This document shows positions 26,420 to 34,791 of a stretch of 64,000 bases of DNA, in pieces; within the stretch, counting starts at the first letter, position 1, and the number at the start of each line of letters is the position of its first letter. A model generated the notes under the pieces. The model made no database searches. It saw nothing but the letters and a program-made list of their open reading frames with translations, and was not told the DNA's origin. Source of the DNA: Planctomycetota bacterium. Lineage in GTDB: Bacteria; Planctomycetota; MHYJ01; WSZJ01. The stretch spans positions 1 through 64,000 of the forward strand of contig JBBTCT010000001.1 of assembly GCA_038060895.1 (NCBI GenBank), read 5' to 3'. The position numbers were made by a program, and so were the translations under genes.

Positions 26420-27201
26420 TTCGCCTGCTTTCTCATTTCTTCGAGCACGACCTTCGCATCAGGCTCCCCTCCCAGGGGGACTCCGCCGACCCGCTTGCCG
26501 TCCGCGGTCAGGAAGCTGAGGCCCGGGATCGGTGCGGCGTCGTGCGCGGCGGCGAAGGCGTACGCGTGCGGCCGTCGGAGGATGATCCGGACGAAAGCCT
26601 CTGAGGCCTTCACAACCTCTGCGTCCTCGAGTGCCTTTGAGAGCGAACCGCTCTCGAATCGCGTGGAGCCTCATCACGTTTCAGCGCCCGACAAGCCCAC
26701 GAGCACTTTCTTTCCCTCTTTCTTCGCCAGGGCGAGCGCCGCATCGAGTTGCGCCGGGCCAGCGAACGTCCACTCGATGCGCGCTTCCTTCGGGCGCGGC
26801 TGGGAACCGAGCGTGACTTCGACAGTCTCTTCTTTCTTCGACTCTCCGCGACGCAGCAGCACTTTCACTTTCTGCTCGGGCTTCGCGGCGCGGACGAAAT
26901 CCTGAAGATCGTCACTCGAGTAGATACGGTTGGCGTCGAGCGCCAGAATCGCGTCACCTGCGGTGATGCCAGCCGCCCCCGCAGGGCCATCCTTGGCGAC
27001 CTCTTCGACGATCTGCCCGTTCACGCGGCCGGCGAGCGGATCTCCCAGGCTCAAGGCTGCCTTCTCGGAAGCGTCGGGCGCCCGGGTTCCCGCGCCGAAG
27101 AGGGCGGCCGGGGGCGGCTTTGCCTCAGGCTTGGGGTCCTCCGCGATTGCAAGTGAAGCGAACGAGACCGCCAGGACGATGCCGCCGGCAAGTTTGCGCA
27201 T
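26416..27201 (-). CDS. Predicted selenoprotein C: signal peptide + PDZ + thioredoxin-like domain with adjacent U-U (261 aa), paralogue of A
   Basis: KKVLVGLSGAET-TGA(26676-74)-TGA(26673-71)-GSTRFESGSLSKALEDAEVVKASEAFVRIILRRPHAYAF, in frame with ORF 26416..26613. PDZ motif DGPAGAAGITAGDAIL. Confidence 0.82.
26637..26658 (-). promoter_or_regulatory. Candidate SECIS for selenoprotein C
   Basis: GAGAGCG-[GUU]-CGCUCUC, perfect 7-bp stem, at the same offset (loop 22 nt after the second UGA) as in paralogue A. Confidence 0.65.
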
Positions 27202-27299
27202 GATGCCGTTCTCCACTTCGGAATTACCAATAGGTACGCTCCGGCTGCATCGGGAATTCCGGAATTCGCGGTACCGGCGCGAAATGCTTCTCCCGGACG

Positions 27300-28610
27300 T
27301 TACTTCGAAGCAGGAACGGGTACGTGGATCTCGGAGGTGAAGAGTCGCTTTGGGTCCGACCAGGAGGCCTGCCTCTTCAGCAGCAGCTCAAAATCTACTT
27401 CGACCACGGCATTGAACGCTTCCTTGCCATTGACCTGAACGACGACCGGCTTCGACAGGTCGGCCATGTCGGGGCTGACGCGGATCGTGAAGTCCTTGAT
27501 GTCGCGGGTCGTGACCTTGTACAGGTTGCCGCCCGCGTACTCGGCCTCGATGCGCGCCGAGTCGCCGCACTCGCCGAACTCGAGCCACCAGCCGCCTTTC
27601 AGCGGCGCGGTTTTCGGGAAGACCTTGTACCAGGCGGCGTCCCAGCACCACACGACGCGCGAGGGCCAGAGGATCCGGCGCTCCTTCTCCACTACGTCGA
27701 GCACCACTTTCGCGATTTCCGCCTCGTCTTTCGGGAACCACGTGTTGTGGTCGCCTCCCGCGTACTCCTTGTACCAGACCGGCGTGCCTACTTTCTTCAG
27801 CCCCTCGACACCCTTCCTGTCGAGATCGACCGGCACATCCGCGTCCAGCTCCCCGTGCCAGATCCAGTACCCCAGCTTCCCCGGCTGCTCGTACGGGCCG
27901 CGCTCTCCCCAGTTTGAGGGCGGGCCGCCCGCCATCGGCATCACCGCAGCCCAGTACTCCGGGTACCGCAGGCTGAACCACCAGGACCCGAACCCTCCTG
28001 CGCTGAATCCGCTCAGGTAGATCCGCTCCGGGTCCACGTTGAACTTCGCTCGCCACGCGTCCATGTACGCGAAGAAGAACGACTCCTCGTACACCAGCGG
28101 ATCCGTCGCCCCGTCCACCGGGTGCCAGTACTGCCGGTTCGGCGATGCCGGAGCCACGCAGATCATCCCTTTCGAGGAAGCCCACGTGGACCACGGCTCC
28201 GTCCCCATCGGGCCATTCGAGCCATGCAGGTAAATCCACAGGGGCGTCGGCTTCAGAGGGTCGTAGGTCTTCGGCACCACCCACTGAAACTCGCGGTCGA
28301 TCCCGTTCTGCTTGAACACTTCTTTCCCGCGAAACACCGGCTGCCCCTTCGCATCCTTGAACCCCGTCCGCGCGAACTTCGCGCCCCGGATCAGCTCAAG
28401 ATCCTTCTTCACAGCGTCCGACCAGGGCGCCCGCTCCCACTTCCCCGCCTCAGTCAGCGCCAGCGCCTGCTTCGCCGGATCCTCCGAAAGGAACTCCTTG
28501 ATCCGCTTCTGCCGCACCGGCGAGTCGGTTTTGAGTTTTTTCGGCGAAGCGTCTTCCGCAAAGGCAGTCGCGGCGAACAGGAGCAGTAGCGCGGAATTCC
28601 GGTGACGCAT
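27300..28610 (-). CDS. Secreted alpha/beta hydrolase (esterase/peptidase-like)
   Basis: Signal peptide; VP..YDP.KP.PL...LHG, DPERIYLSGFSAGG, HG..D..VP, GGDH. Confidence 0.8.
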   Translation of the reverse strand: MRHRNSALLLLFAATAFAEDASPKKLKTDSPVRQKRIKEFLSEDPAKQALALTEAGKWERAPWSDAVKKDLELIRGAKFARTGFKDAKGQPVFRGKEVFKQNGIDREFQWVVPKTYDPLKPTPLWIYLHGSNGPMGTEPWSTWASSKGMICVAPASPNRQYWHPVDGATDPLVYEESFFFAYMDAWRAKFNVDPERIYLSGFSAGGFGSWWFSLRYPEYWAAVMPMAGGPPSNWGERGPYEQPGKLGYWIWHGELDADVPVDLDRKGVEGLKKVGTPVWYKEYAGGDHNTWFPKDEAEIAKVVLDVVEKERRILWPSRVVWCWDAAWYKVFPKTAPLKGGWWLEFGECGDSARIEAEYAGGNLYKVTTRDIKDFTIRVSPDMADLSKPVVVQVNGKEAFNAVVEVDFELLLKRQASWSDPKRLFTSEIHVPVPASK

Positions 28611-28678
28611 GGCCGGAAGTGTAGCAAGCGGAAATCCTCGCCAGAAAATGTGAGTCTCGTTCTGAAGTTGCCGTTCCT

Positions 28679-28810
28679 CACTTTTCGAGGCGGCAGACGG
28701 GGTGCGAGGAGGGGATCCGTGCTGCCGGGCCGTTCGGCAACCGGAGCCTCGCCCCAATGACCCGGCAGTACGGAGCTCCGACGAGTCCCCGTCTGCCGCC
28801 TCGAAAAGTG
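28679..28810. repeat. Long hairpin abutting the tRNA 3' end
   Basis: Perfect 24-bp inverted repeat 28679-28702/28787-28810, plus an inner 14-bp stem 28716-28729/28761-28774 (1 mismatch). Confidence 0.85.
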
Positions 28811-28894
28811 GTCGGGGAGGGAATCGAACCCTCACGGCCCTTGCGGGCCACAGGATTTTAAATCCCGTGCGTCTGCCGATTACGCCACCCGACC
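28809..28894 (-). tRNA. tRNA-Leu (anticodon TAA), CCA not encoded
   Basis: Acceptor GGTCGGG/CCCGACC+A, anticodon arm CGGGA-TTTAAAA-TCCTG, long variable arm GGCCC-GCAA-GGGCC, T arm GAGGG-TTCGATT-CCCTC. Confidence 0.95.
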
Positions 28895-29000
28895 TCGGAA
28901 ACGATGAGGGGGTGAAATGCCGTGCGGGTCACTGCCGCGCGGCGAAAGGCTGCCGCGCGGCGCGACCCGCACGGCATTTCACCCCCTCATCGTTTCCGAG
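28894..29000. repeat. 107-bp hairpin abutting the tRNA 5' end
   Basis: Perfect 37-bp inverted repeat 28894-28930/28964-29000 enclosing two copies of CTGCCGCGCGGCG. Confidence 0.9.
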
Positions 29001-29025
29001 TGAAAACGGCCCGGAAAAGCGATGG

Positions 29026-29787
29026 CTAACGTAATCGCTCGAAGGTCGCGGCTATGGGGAGGTGATCCGACGGGACGCGGATCGAAGGGAGGATCGCGTC
29101 GTCGGCTAGAAGCGGAAGGGGGCGCGGATTGGACATAAGGTCCGCAGTATAGAGCAGAAAGTCGATCCTGCGCGCACGGCCGTTGGCGACGCATGTGTTC
29201 GCGCGAGGCATGGAAGCGTACGCATCGCGCAAGCCCGCTTCCGCAAATCTCGCCAGGACCGGGTCGTCCGCGGTGACGTTGAAGTCGCCGCAGGCAATCC
29301 ACGGCAGGCCGGAGGCGCGCTCCCGCAATCCCGCGATCAATTCGTCGGCCTGCCGGAAGCCAAACCGCTTCTCAGCCGGAGTGCCCGGCGGGTCCCATTT
29401 CAGGTGCGTCGTCGCGACCGCAACGGGCCCCTCAGGCAGCGGCACGATCGCGACGATCGCAACGTGCCCGGAACCGTCGGAATATCGGAACGAGTCCCAG
29501 GGGCCGGGTGCTGCTGGCGGACGCATGCGGATTTCGCACCCGTCCTTCCGTCCACCGCCCTTCTTCGCAAAACAGCGCTTCCACGGAATCGCCACGGCGA
29601 GGCGAGAGCTGAAGTCCTCCTGGACCTCCTGCAGGCAAACGACATCCGCATTCAGCGCTTCGATTCCATCAACGAGCCGCCCGAACCGCAGGGCCGGGTC
29701 GATCGCGTCCGGATGGCAGTCCTTGTACAGGTCCGCCCGGATGTAAGCGTCGGCGAGGACGTTCCAGGAAGCGACGGTAAACGGCAT
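29026..29787 (-). CDS. Endonuclease/exonuclease/phosphatase (EEP) family, CCR4/nocturnin-like
   Basis: SWNVLA, CLQEV, TTHL, GDFN, RIDF, PSDHLP. Confidence 0.9.
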   Translation of the reverse strand: MPFTVASWNVLADAYIRADLYKDCHPDAIDPALRFGRLVDGIEALNADVVCLQEVQEDFSSRLAVAIPWKRCFAKKGGGRKDGCEIRMRPPAAPGPWDSFRYSDGSGHVAIVAIVPLPEGPVAVATTHLKWDPPGTPAEKRFGFRQADELIAGLRERASGLPWIACGDFNVTADDPVLARFAEAGLRDAYASMPRANTCVANGRARRIDFLLYTADLMSNPRPLPLLADDAILPSIRVPSDHLPIAATFERLR

Positions 29788-29856
29788 GGGCGCATTATGC
29801 CCGCGCGGACGGGAATGACTGGAAGGGAGTCCGCGGCCGCCATAATCTTGATTCTG

Positions 29857-31197
29857 ATGAAGCCAGTGGTCCTACTGAACATCGTCGGGCTCACGCCGCG
29901 CCAGGTGGGAGAGCACACGCCGCGGATCCGGGCGCTCGCCGACGCGGGGTCGGGCGCGGGGCCCATGAAGGGCGTCCTGCCGGCCGTCACCTGCGCGGCG
30001 CAGGCAACCATGCTCACGGGACTGCTTCCCCAGGAGCACGGCGTCGTCGGGAACGGGTGGTTCCACCGCGAAACCGGCGAAGTGCGCTTCTGGCTCCAGT
30101 CGAACGCGCTGGTCTCCGGGGAGAAGGTGTACGAGGCGGCGCGGAAGCGGGACCCGAAGTTCACTTGTGCAAAGATGTTCTGGTGGTTCAACCAAGGTGC
30201 GGCCGTCGACTGGAGCGTGACGCCGAAACCGCACTACGGCGCGGACGGATCGAAGGTGTTCGACATCCAGGCGACACCGGAGGCGCTGGCGGAAAAGCTG
30301 AAGGACCGGGTCGGCGACTTTCCGTTCTTCAGCTTCTGGGGGCCGAAGAGCGGGCTACCGTCGACGGGCTGGATCGCGAAGGCGTCCGCGGACGTCATTC
30401 GACGGGAAAGGCCGACCCTGACGCTCGTCTACCTTCCTCACCTTGACTACGACCACCAGCGGTTCGGCCCCGGGAACCCGGCGCTCCTTCGCGAGGTCGA
30501 TGCGTGCGCCGGGATGGTCATCGATGCTGCGCGCGAAATCGGCGCGGCGGTGGCGGTGGTGAGCGAGTACGGGATCGCTCCCGTCTCGCGGGCGCTGTTC
30601 CCGAATCGCGTGCTGCGCGAAAAGGGCCTGATGGCGGTGCGCGACGGGCCGTTCGGCGAGATGCTCGACACGTTTGCGTCGGGCGCCTTTGCCGTCGTCG
30701 ATCACCAGGCGGCGCACATTTACGTCCGCGACCCGGCCACGGTTTCCGTCGTCGCGGAGGCCCTGCGACCGCTCGGGACCTGCCTGGTCGGAGCGGCCCG
30801 GCGGGAGATCGGCCTCGACTGCCCCCGCGCAGGAGACATCGTGCTGCTGGCGCCGCGGGACGCGTGGTATGCCTACGACTTCTGGCTGGATGAACGCCGG
30901 GCACCCGATTTCGCGCGCACCGTCGATATCCACCGGAAACCCGGGTACGACCCGCGGGAACTGTTCGCGATCAAGGGAGCGGCGCCGCGGGTCGCGAAGC
31001 GACTCCTGCAGAAGAAGCTGGGGATGCGGTACCTGATGGACGTGATCCCGCTCGACGCTTCGCTCGTGAAGGGCAGCCACGGCCTGGAGCCGGCGGACCC
31101 GCTGGACGGACCGGTGTGGGCCTGTTCGGAGAAGGGAGTACGCGTCGCGGCCATGACCGGAGTGAAAGCCGCTCTCCTCGACATGCTGAGTCGATGA
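29857..31197 (+). CDS. Alkaline phosphatase superfamily nucleotide pyrophosphatase/phosphodiesterase (EboF-like)
   Basis: NIVGLT, PAVTC.AQATMLTG, HG.VGNGW, YLPHLDY, SEYG, DHQ.AH, HRKPGYDP, GSHG. Confidence 0.9.
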   Translation: MKPVVLLNIVGLTPRQVGEHTPRIRALADAGSGAGPMKGVLPAVTCAAQATMLTGLLPQEHGVVGNGWFHRETGEVRFWLQSNALVSGEKVYEAARKRDPKFTCAKMFWWFNQGAAVDWSVTPKPHYGADGSKVFDIQATPEALAEKLKDRVGDFPFFSFWGPKSGLPSTGWIAKASADVIRRERPTLTLVYLPHLDYDHQRFGPGNPALLREVDACAGMVIDAAREIGAAVAVVSEYGIAPVSRALFPNRVLREKGLMAVRDGPFGEMLDTFASGAFAVVDHQAAHIYVRDPATVSVVAEALRPLGTCLVGAARREIGLDCPRAGDIVLLAPRDAWYAYDFWLDERRAPDFARTVDIHRKPGYDPRELFAIKGAAPRVAKRLLQKKLGMRYLMDVIPLDASLVKGSHGLEPADPLDGPVWACSEKGVRVAAMTGVKAALLDMLSR

Positions 31198-31265
31198 AGC
31201 GGGAGCATCCTTGATACGGAAGGCGACTCGACCCGAGCCACGACTGGGGGGTCGTTGTACGGGAG

Positions 31266-31372
31266 CGCGAGAAAAATCCTGCAGGTCGGGCGGAGTCGGC
31301 CCGAACGAGAGCGGCCTCCCAGGTCACCGTCAGCGGAGCCGACGGAGCCTGACCTGCAGGATTTTTCTCGCG
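31266..31372. repeat. 107-bp hairpin with REP-like core, upstream of the histone gene
   Basis: 26-bp inverted repeat 31266-31291/31347-31372 (1 mismatch) plus GTCGGC/GCCGAC inner stem; followed by a T-rich tract. Confidence 0.85.
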
Positions 31373-31424
31373 GTCCGTTTCGTTTTTCGTTTTCCTTTGC
31401 CCAACCATCCAAGGAGCCACACTC

Positions 31425-31649
31425 ATGTCCGACCTGCCCAATGCCGCGATCAAGCGAATCCTTCTGTCCAACGGAGTCCCTCGAATCTCCGCCACCTCCG
31501 TCGACCTCGCCGCCGGCGCGGCGCAGGATTACCTGGTGAAGCTGGCCAGGGCTGCCGTGGAGAGCATGAACGCGGCGAAGCGGAAAACGGTGATGGACGA
31601 AGACATCCAGGCCGCGAAGTCGGCGCTGGCGAGCGGCAGGATCCTCTGA
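31425..31649 (+). CDS. Histone-fold protein (HMf-like / CBFD_NFYB_HMF), 74 aa
   Basis: RBS AAGGAG. LPNAAIKRIL..GVPRIS...A..AKRKTVMDEDI aligns without gaps to archaeal HMf histones (LP.A.I.RI, R.S, RKT...EDI). Confidence 0.85.
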   Translation: MSDLPNAAIKRILLSNGVPRISATSVDLAAGAAQDYLVKLARAAVESMNAAKRKTVMDEDIQAAKSALASGRIL

Positions 31650-32251
31650 CCGAGGAAAAGTTCTTCGCACTGCTCGCCAGGCGGGTCAGTGCCCGCGGCC
31701 CGGCGCGGTCGGCCGTCGATGCGCGCCTGCGCTCCTGCGAGCGCCCCGGAGCCATCCTGGTCACGGACTACCGGAACTTCAGCATCTTCACCGAGCTCTT
31801 CGGCATCCTCCACTTCCTGACCCTCATCGCCGACGGCAAGCGGCTTCTTTCGCCGATCGTGCGCGCGCATCGCGGGCATGTGCTCAAGTGGGAAGCGGAC
31901 TCGCTGTTCGCGTGGTTCGACGGGCCGACGGGCGCGCGGCGCGCCATCGATGCGGCCGTAGCCATGAACCGGGCGCTGGCGCACCGGAACTCGGGGTTGC
32001 CGGAGGCGGAACAGCTCCGGCTCTGCTGCGGCGTCGGGTACGGACCGGTGTTCCGGTTCGGGCGCGAGGCCTTCGGCGCACAGGTGAATCGCGCGGCGAA
32101 GCTCGGCGAGGATCTCGCGGGAGAGGAACAGGTCTTCGCCACGGAAGAAGCCGTCGCCGCGGCGGGCGCGGGATTCCACTGGCACCCGCGCAAGATCGTC
32201 CGCTTCAAGGCGTTCAAATTCCCGTGGCGCGAACTCAAATGGACGGTGTAG
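31646..32251 (+). CDS. Class III adenylate/guanylate cyclase domain protein
   Basis: LVTD..NFS, KWEADSL, A..AA..M, GVGYG, FG..VN.AAKLGED. Probable CTG start overlapping the histone stop (CTGA); start uncertain. Confidence 0.75.
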   Translation: MTEEKFFALLARRVSARGPARSAVDARLRSCERPGAILVTDYRNFSIFTELFGILHFLTLIADGKRLLSPIVRAHRGHVLKWEADSLFAWFDGPTGARRAIDAAVAMNRALAHRNSGLPEAEQLRLCCGVGYGPVFRFGREAFGAQVNRAAKLGEDLAGEEQVFATEEAVAAAGAGFHWHPRKIVRFKAFKFPWRELKWTV

Positions 32252-33213
32252 GGGCGGAAGACACCGTCGGCGCCCGCCGGCGTGCCCGCGCGGTGTGGGG
32301 ACTGGTGTTCTGCACGCTGTTCTGGGGCGCGACGTTCTTCCTGATGAAGACGGGGAGCGAGAGGATCGCCGAAAAACTTCCCGAAGCGGATCGCGACTGG
32401 GCGCCGCTCCTGTTCCTCGCGGCACGCTTCACCCTGGCTTCGCTCGCCTTCCCGATTGTGTTCCCGCGGCTCTTCAGCGGCGCCCGGAACTCGATTCGCT
32501 GGGGTGTAATCGCCGGCGTGCCATTCTCCGTCGGGTTCATGCTGCAGATTTACGGGCTGCGCGAAGTGGACCCCGCCGTCTCCGCTCTTTTCACGAGCAT
32601 GTTCGTGGTCTTCACGCCGTTGCTCGGTCGCTTTCTGTTCGGGAAGCGGACCACGGCGGCGGTGGCGCTCGCAATCGCCTGCGCTGTTCTCGGCCTGTGG
32701 CTGGTCACCGGCGCGGGAAAATCGGGAATGCCGCACTTCGGCCGCGGCGAGTGGCTGTCGCTCCTCTGCGCGCTCGTGTTTTCCTTCCAGATCCATGCGA
32801 CGGACGTCGGGACGAAAAAGTGCGACCCGATCGGGCTGGCATGGCACCAGGTGACGTTCGGGGCGCTGGCGTGCGCCCTGCCGATCCTCCTGGTGCGCCC
32901 CTCGGCATTCGCGGCACTGCCGGCGGCGCTTCCCCACCCTTCCGTCTGGCTCGGGATCGCATTCACCGCCATTCTCGCGACCGTCGGCTCAATGGCGCTG
33001 ATGTCGCACTTCCAGCGGTTTCTCTCGCCCAACCACGCCGCCGTCGTCTACACGCTCGAACCCGTCTTCGCGGGGATTTTCTCGGCCATCTTCTTCTCGG
33101 AAGGATTCGGCGCCGCGAAGCTGGTCGGAGGCGGGCTCATCCTCGCGGGCAACCTGGCGTGCGGGATCCGCGGGAACCCCGAAGAGCCCTCGAAGGAACC
33201 CGGAAGCGCGTGA
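32239..33213 (+). CDS. DMT/EamA family transporter
   Basis: FWGATF..K, ARF.LA, about 10 TM helices, YTLEPVFA, GG.LIL.G. Confidence 0.9.
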   Translation: MDGVGAEDTVGARRRARAVWGLVFCTLFWGATFFLMKTGSERIAEKLPEADRDWAPLLFLAARFTLASLAFPIVFPRLFSGARNSIRWGVIAGVPFSVGFMLQIYGLREVDPAVSALFTSMFVVFTPLLGRFLFGKRTTAAVALAIACAVLGLWLVTGAGKSGMPHFGRGEWLSLLCALVFSFQIHATDVGTKKCDPIGLAWHQVTFGALACALPILLVRPSAFAALPAALPHPSVWLGIAFTAILATVGSMALMSHFQRFLSPNHAAVVYTLEPVFAGIFSAIFFSEGFGAAKLVGGGLILAGNLACGIRGNPEEPSKEPGSA

Positions 33214-33451
33214 GCGTCACGAGCTGCAACTTCAGCCTTCTCGGCCATCGTTTGATCTCCGCTTCCCGCCGGAGCGCCGCCCCCTGCGTCCGACGGATTT
33301 CGCTCCAGATCACCCGCACCGGCCCGCGGCCACGGGTGTATTTCGCGCCGCGGCCGGAATCGTGCTGCGCGACGCGGCGGTCAAGATCCCGGGCGATCCC
33401 CGTGTAAAGGGTGTCGTCCTTGCACCGAAGCAGATAAACGGTCCAGGGCAT
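33137..33451 (-). CDS. GIY-YIG nuclease family protein (UPF0213)
   Basis: WTVYLLRC.D.TLYTGI..DL.RR..QH..G.GAKYTRGRGP...ALRRE..IK. Confidence 0.9.
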   Translation of the reverse strand: MPWTVYLLRCKDDTLYTGIARDLDRRVAQHDSGRGAKYTRGRGPVRVIWSEIRRTQGAALRREAEIKRWPRRLKLQLVTLTRFRVPSRALRGSRGSRTPGCPRG

Positions 33452-33568
33452 CCGGGGAGTTATCGTCGCAGAACGGCCCCGCGCTTCAACGATCGCCACA
33501 CGCAACCGGTCGCAGCGCTTCGCTTTGCGCCCAACTGTGCGTTGATTCCGGCGTATCATTCTCATCCC

Positions 33569-34624
33569 TTGAAGCGTCTCCTTGCTTGCCTGCTCACCTT
33601 TTCCCTCGCCACCGGCTGCGGTTCGGGGGACGGCACGGGCGACAAGGGCGGCGGCAAGTGGGGGAAGAAGTCCGGCGCTCCGGCGGAAGCGGTGCCGGTG
33701 AAGACGGAGAAGCTTGGCCGGGGGCCGATCGCCCTTCGGCTTCTCACGACCTCGACGGTGGACCCCGTGCGCCGCGTCGAGATGGTTTCGAAGGCCGCGG
33801 GGATCGTGAAAGAGCTCCTGGTCGTCGAGGGAGCGACGGTTGCGGCGGAGGCCATCCTGGCGCGGCTGGAGGACGAGTCGCTCGCGCTGGCGAAAGTGAA
33901 AGCCGAAGTGAGCGAGAAGAAGGCGAAGGACGACTACGAGCACATGAAGACGCTTCTCGCAGAAAAATACGTGAGCGTGGACGAGTTCCGCAAGGCGGAG
34001 CAGGCGTGGCAGACGGCGAAGCTGGAAGTGGACTCGGCCAACCTGGCGCTGGCGAATGCGACGGTGAAGGCGCCGATTGCCGGGACGGTCACGCGGCTGG
34101 ATCTGCAGTTGGGAAAGCACATCCCGGCGAATGCCGTGTTCGGCGAGATCACCGACCTGTCCGAGCTGGAGTGCGTGATTTACGTGCCCGAAAAAGACGT
34201 GCTCCGGTTGAAGGAAGAGCAGCCGGCCGAAGTGTCGAGCGAGTCGCTGGAGGCGCAATTCAGGGCCGCCGTGAAGCGGATCAACCCGGTGATCGACCGG
34301 GCGAGCGGGACGGCAAAGGCATTCCTGTCGATTTCGGATCCCGAAAAACGGCTGCGTCCGGGGATGTTCATCGATGTGTCGATCGTGCTGGAGCCGCACG
34401 ACAAGGCGCTCCTCGTCCCGAAACGTGCGCTCGTCTTCGACGAGGGGCGGCCTGGTGTGTTCATGAAGAAGGGCGAGGAAGCGAAGTGGTCGGAGCTGGA
34501 GCTGGGGTTCCAGGAGAAGGACATTGCGGAGGTGGTGAAGGGAGCTACGGAGGGGGACGAGGTGATCGTGGTGGGGCAGAGCGGGTTGAAGGATGGGACG
34601 AAGGTGAAGGTGATGGCGGAATGA
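33569..34624 (+). CDS. RND efflux periplasmic adaptor (MFP) lipoprotein
   Basis: TTG start, lipobox ATG-C, G.V.....EG..V, VKAPIAGTV, INPVID..SGT, LRPGMF. Confidence 0.9.
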   Translation: MKRLLACLLTFSLATGCGSGDGTGDKGGGKWGKKSGAPAEAVPVKTEKLGRGPIALRLLTTSTVDPVRRVEMVSKAAGIVKELLVVEGATVAAEAILARLEDESLALAKVKAEVSEKKAKDDYEHMKTLLAEKYVSVDEFRKAEQAWQTAKLEVDSANLALANATVKAPIAGTVTRLDLQLGKHIPANAVFGEITDLSELECVIYVPEKDVLRLKEEQPAEVSSESLEAQFRAAVKRINPVIDRASGTAKAFLSISDPEKRLRPGMFIDVSIVLEPHDKALLVPKRALVFDEGRPGVFMKKGEEAKWSELELGFQEKDIAEVVKGATEGDEVIVVGQSGLKDGTKVKVMAE

Positions 34625-34630
34625 CGGCGA

Positions 34631-34768
34631 AAGACAAATCCCAAATCCCAACTCCAACCCCAAAACGACCCCGAAATGCCCACCGCCCAACCCAGACTGA
34701 AGTCCGAGGCCACCAAGTCGTTCGGTTGTCTGAAACTGGAGTTGGAGTTGGGATTTGGGATTTGCCTT
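34631..34768. repeat. Intergenic hairpin built of CCCAAAT/CCAACT short repeats
   Basis: 28-bp inverted repeat 34635-34662/34737-34764 (1 mismatch). Confidence 0.85.
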
Positions 34769-34791
34769 AAGCGCATTTCCCCCGCTCCCCG

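Noticed and set aside
24906-27201. Reading the split genes as pseudogenes, or as an alternative genetic code (UGA=Trp/Gly)
   Set aside because: All breaks are TGA at equivalent active-site positions with no frameshifts. Many ordinary genes in the window end in TGA with ATGA/GTGA overlaps and use TGG for Trp, so global reassignment is unlikely.
27220-28810. Genomic island integrated at the tRNA 3' end
   Set aside because: No integrase, and I found no direct repeat of the tRNA 3' end.
28809-28894. Long-variable-arm tRNA near the selenoprotein operon as tRNA-Sec (selC)
   Set aside because: The anticodon is TAA, not TCA, and the acceptor stem is the standard 7 bp; it is tRNA-Leu. No sel genes are visible in the window.
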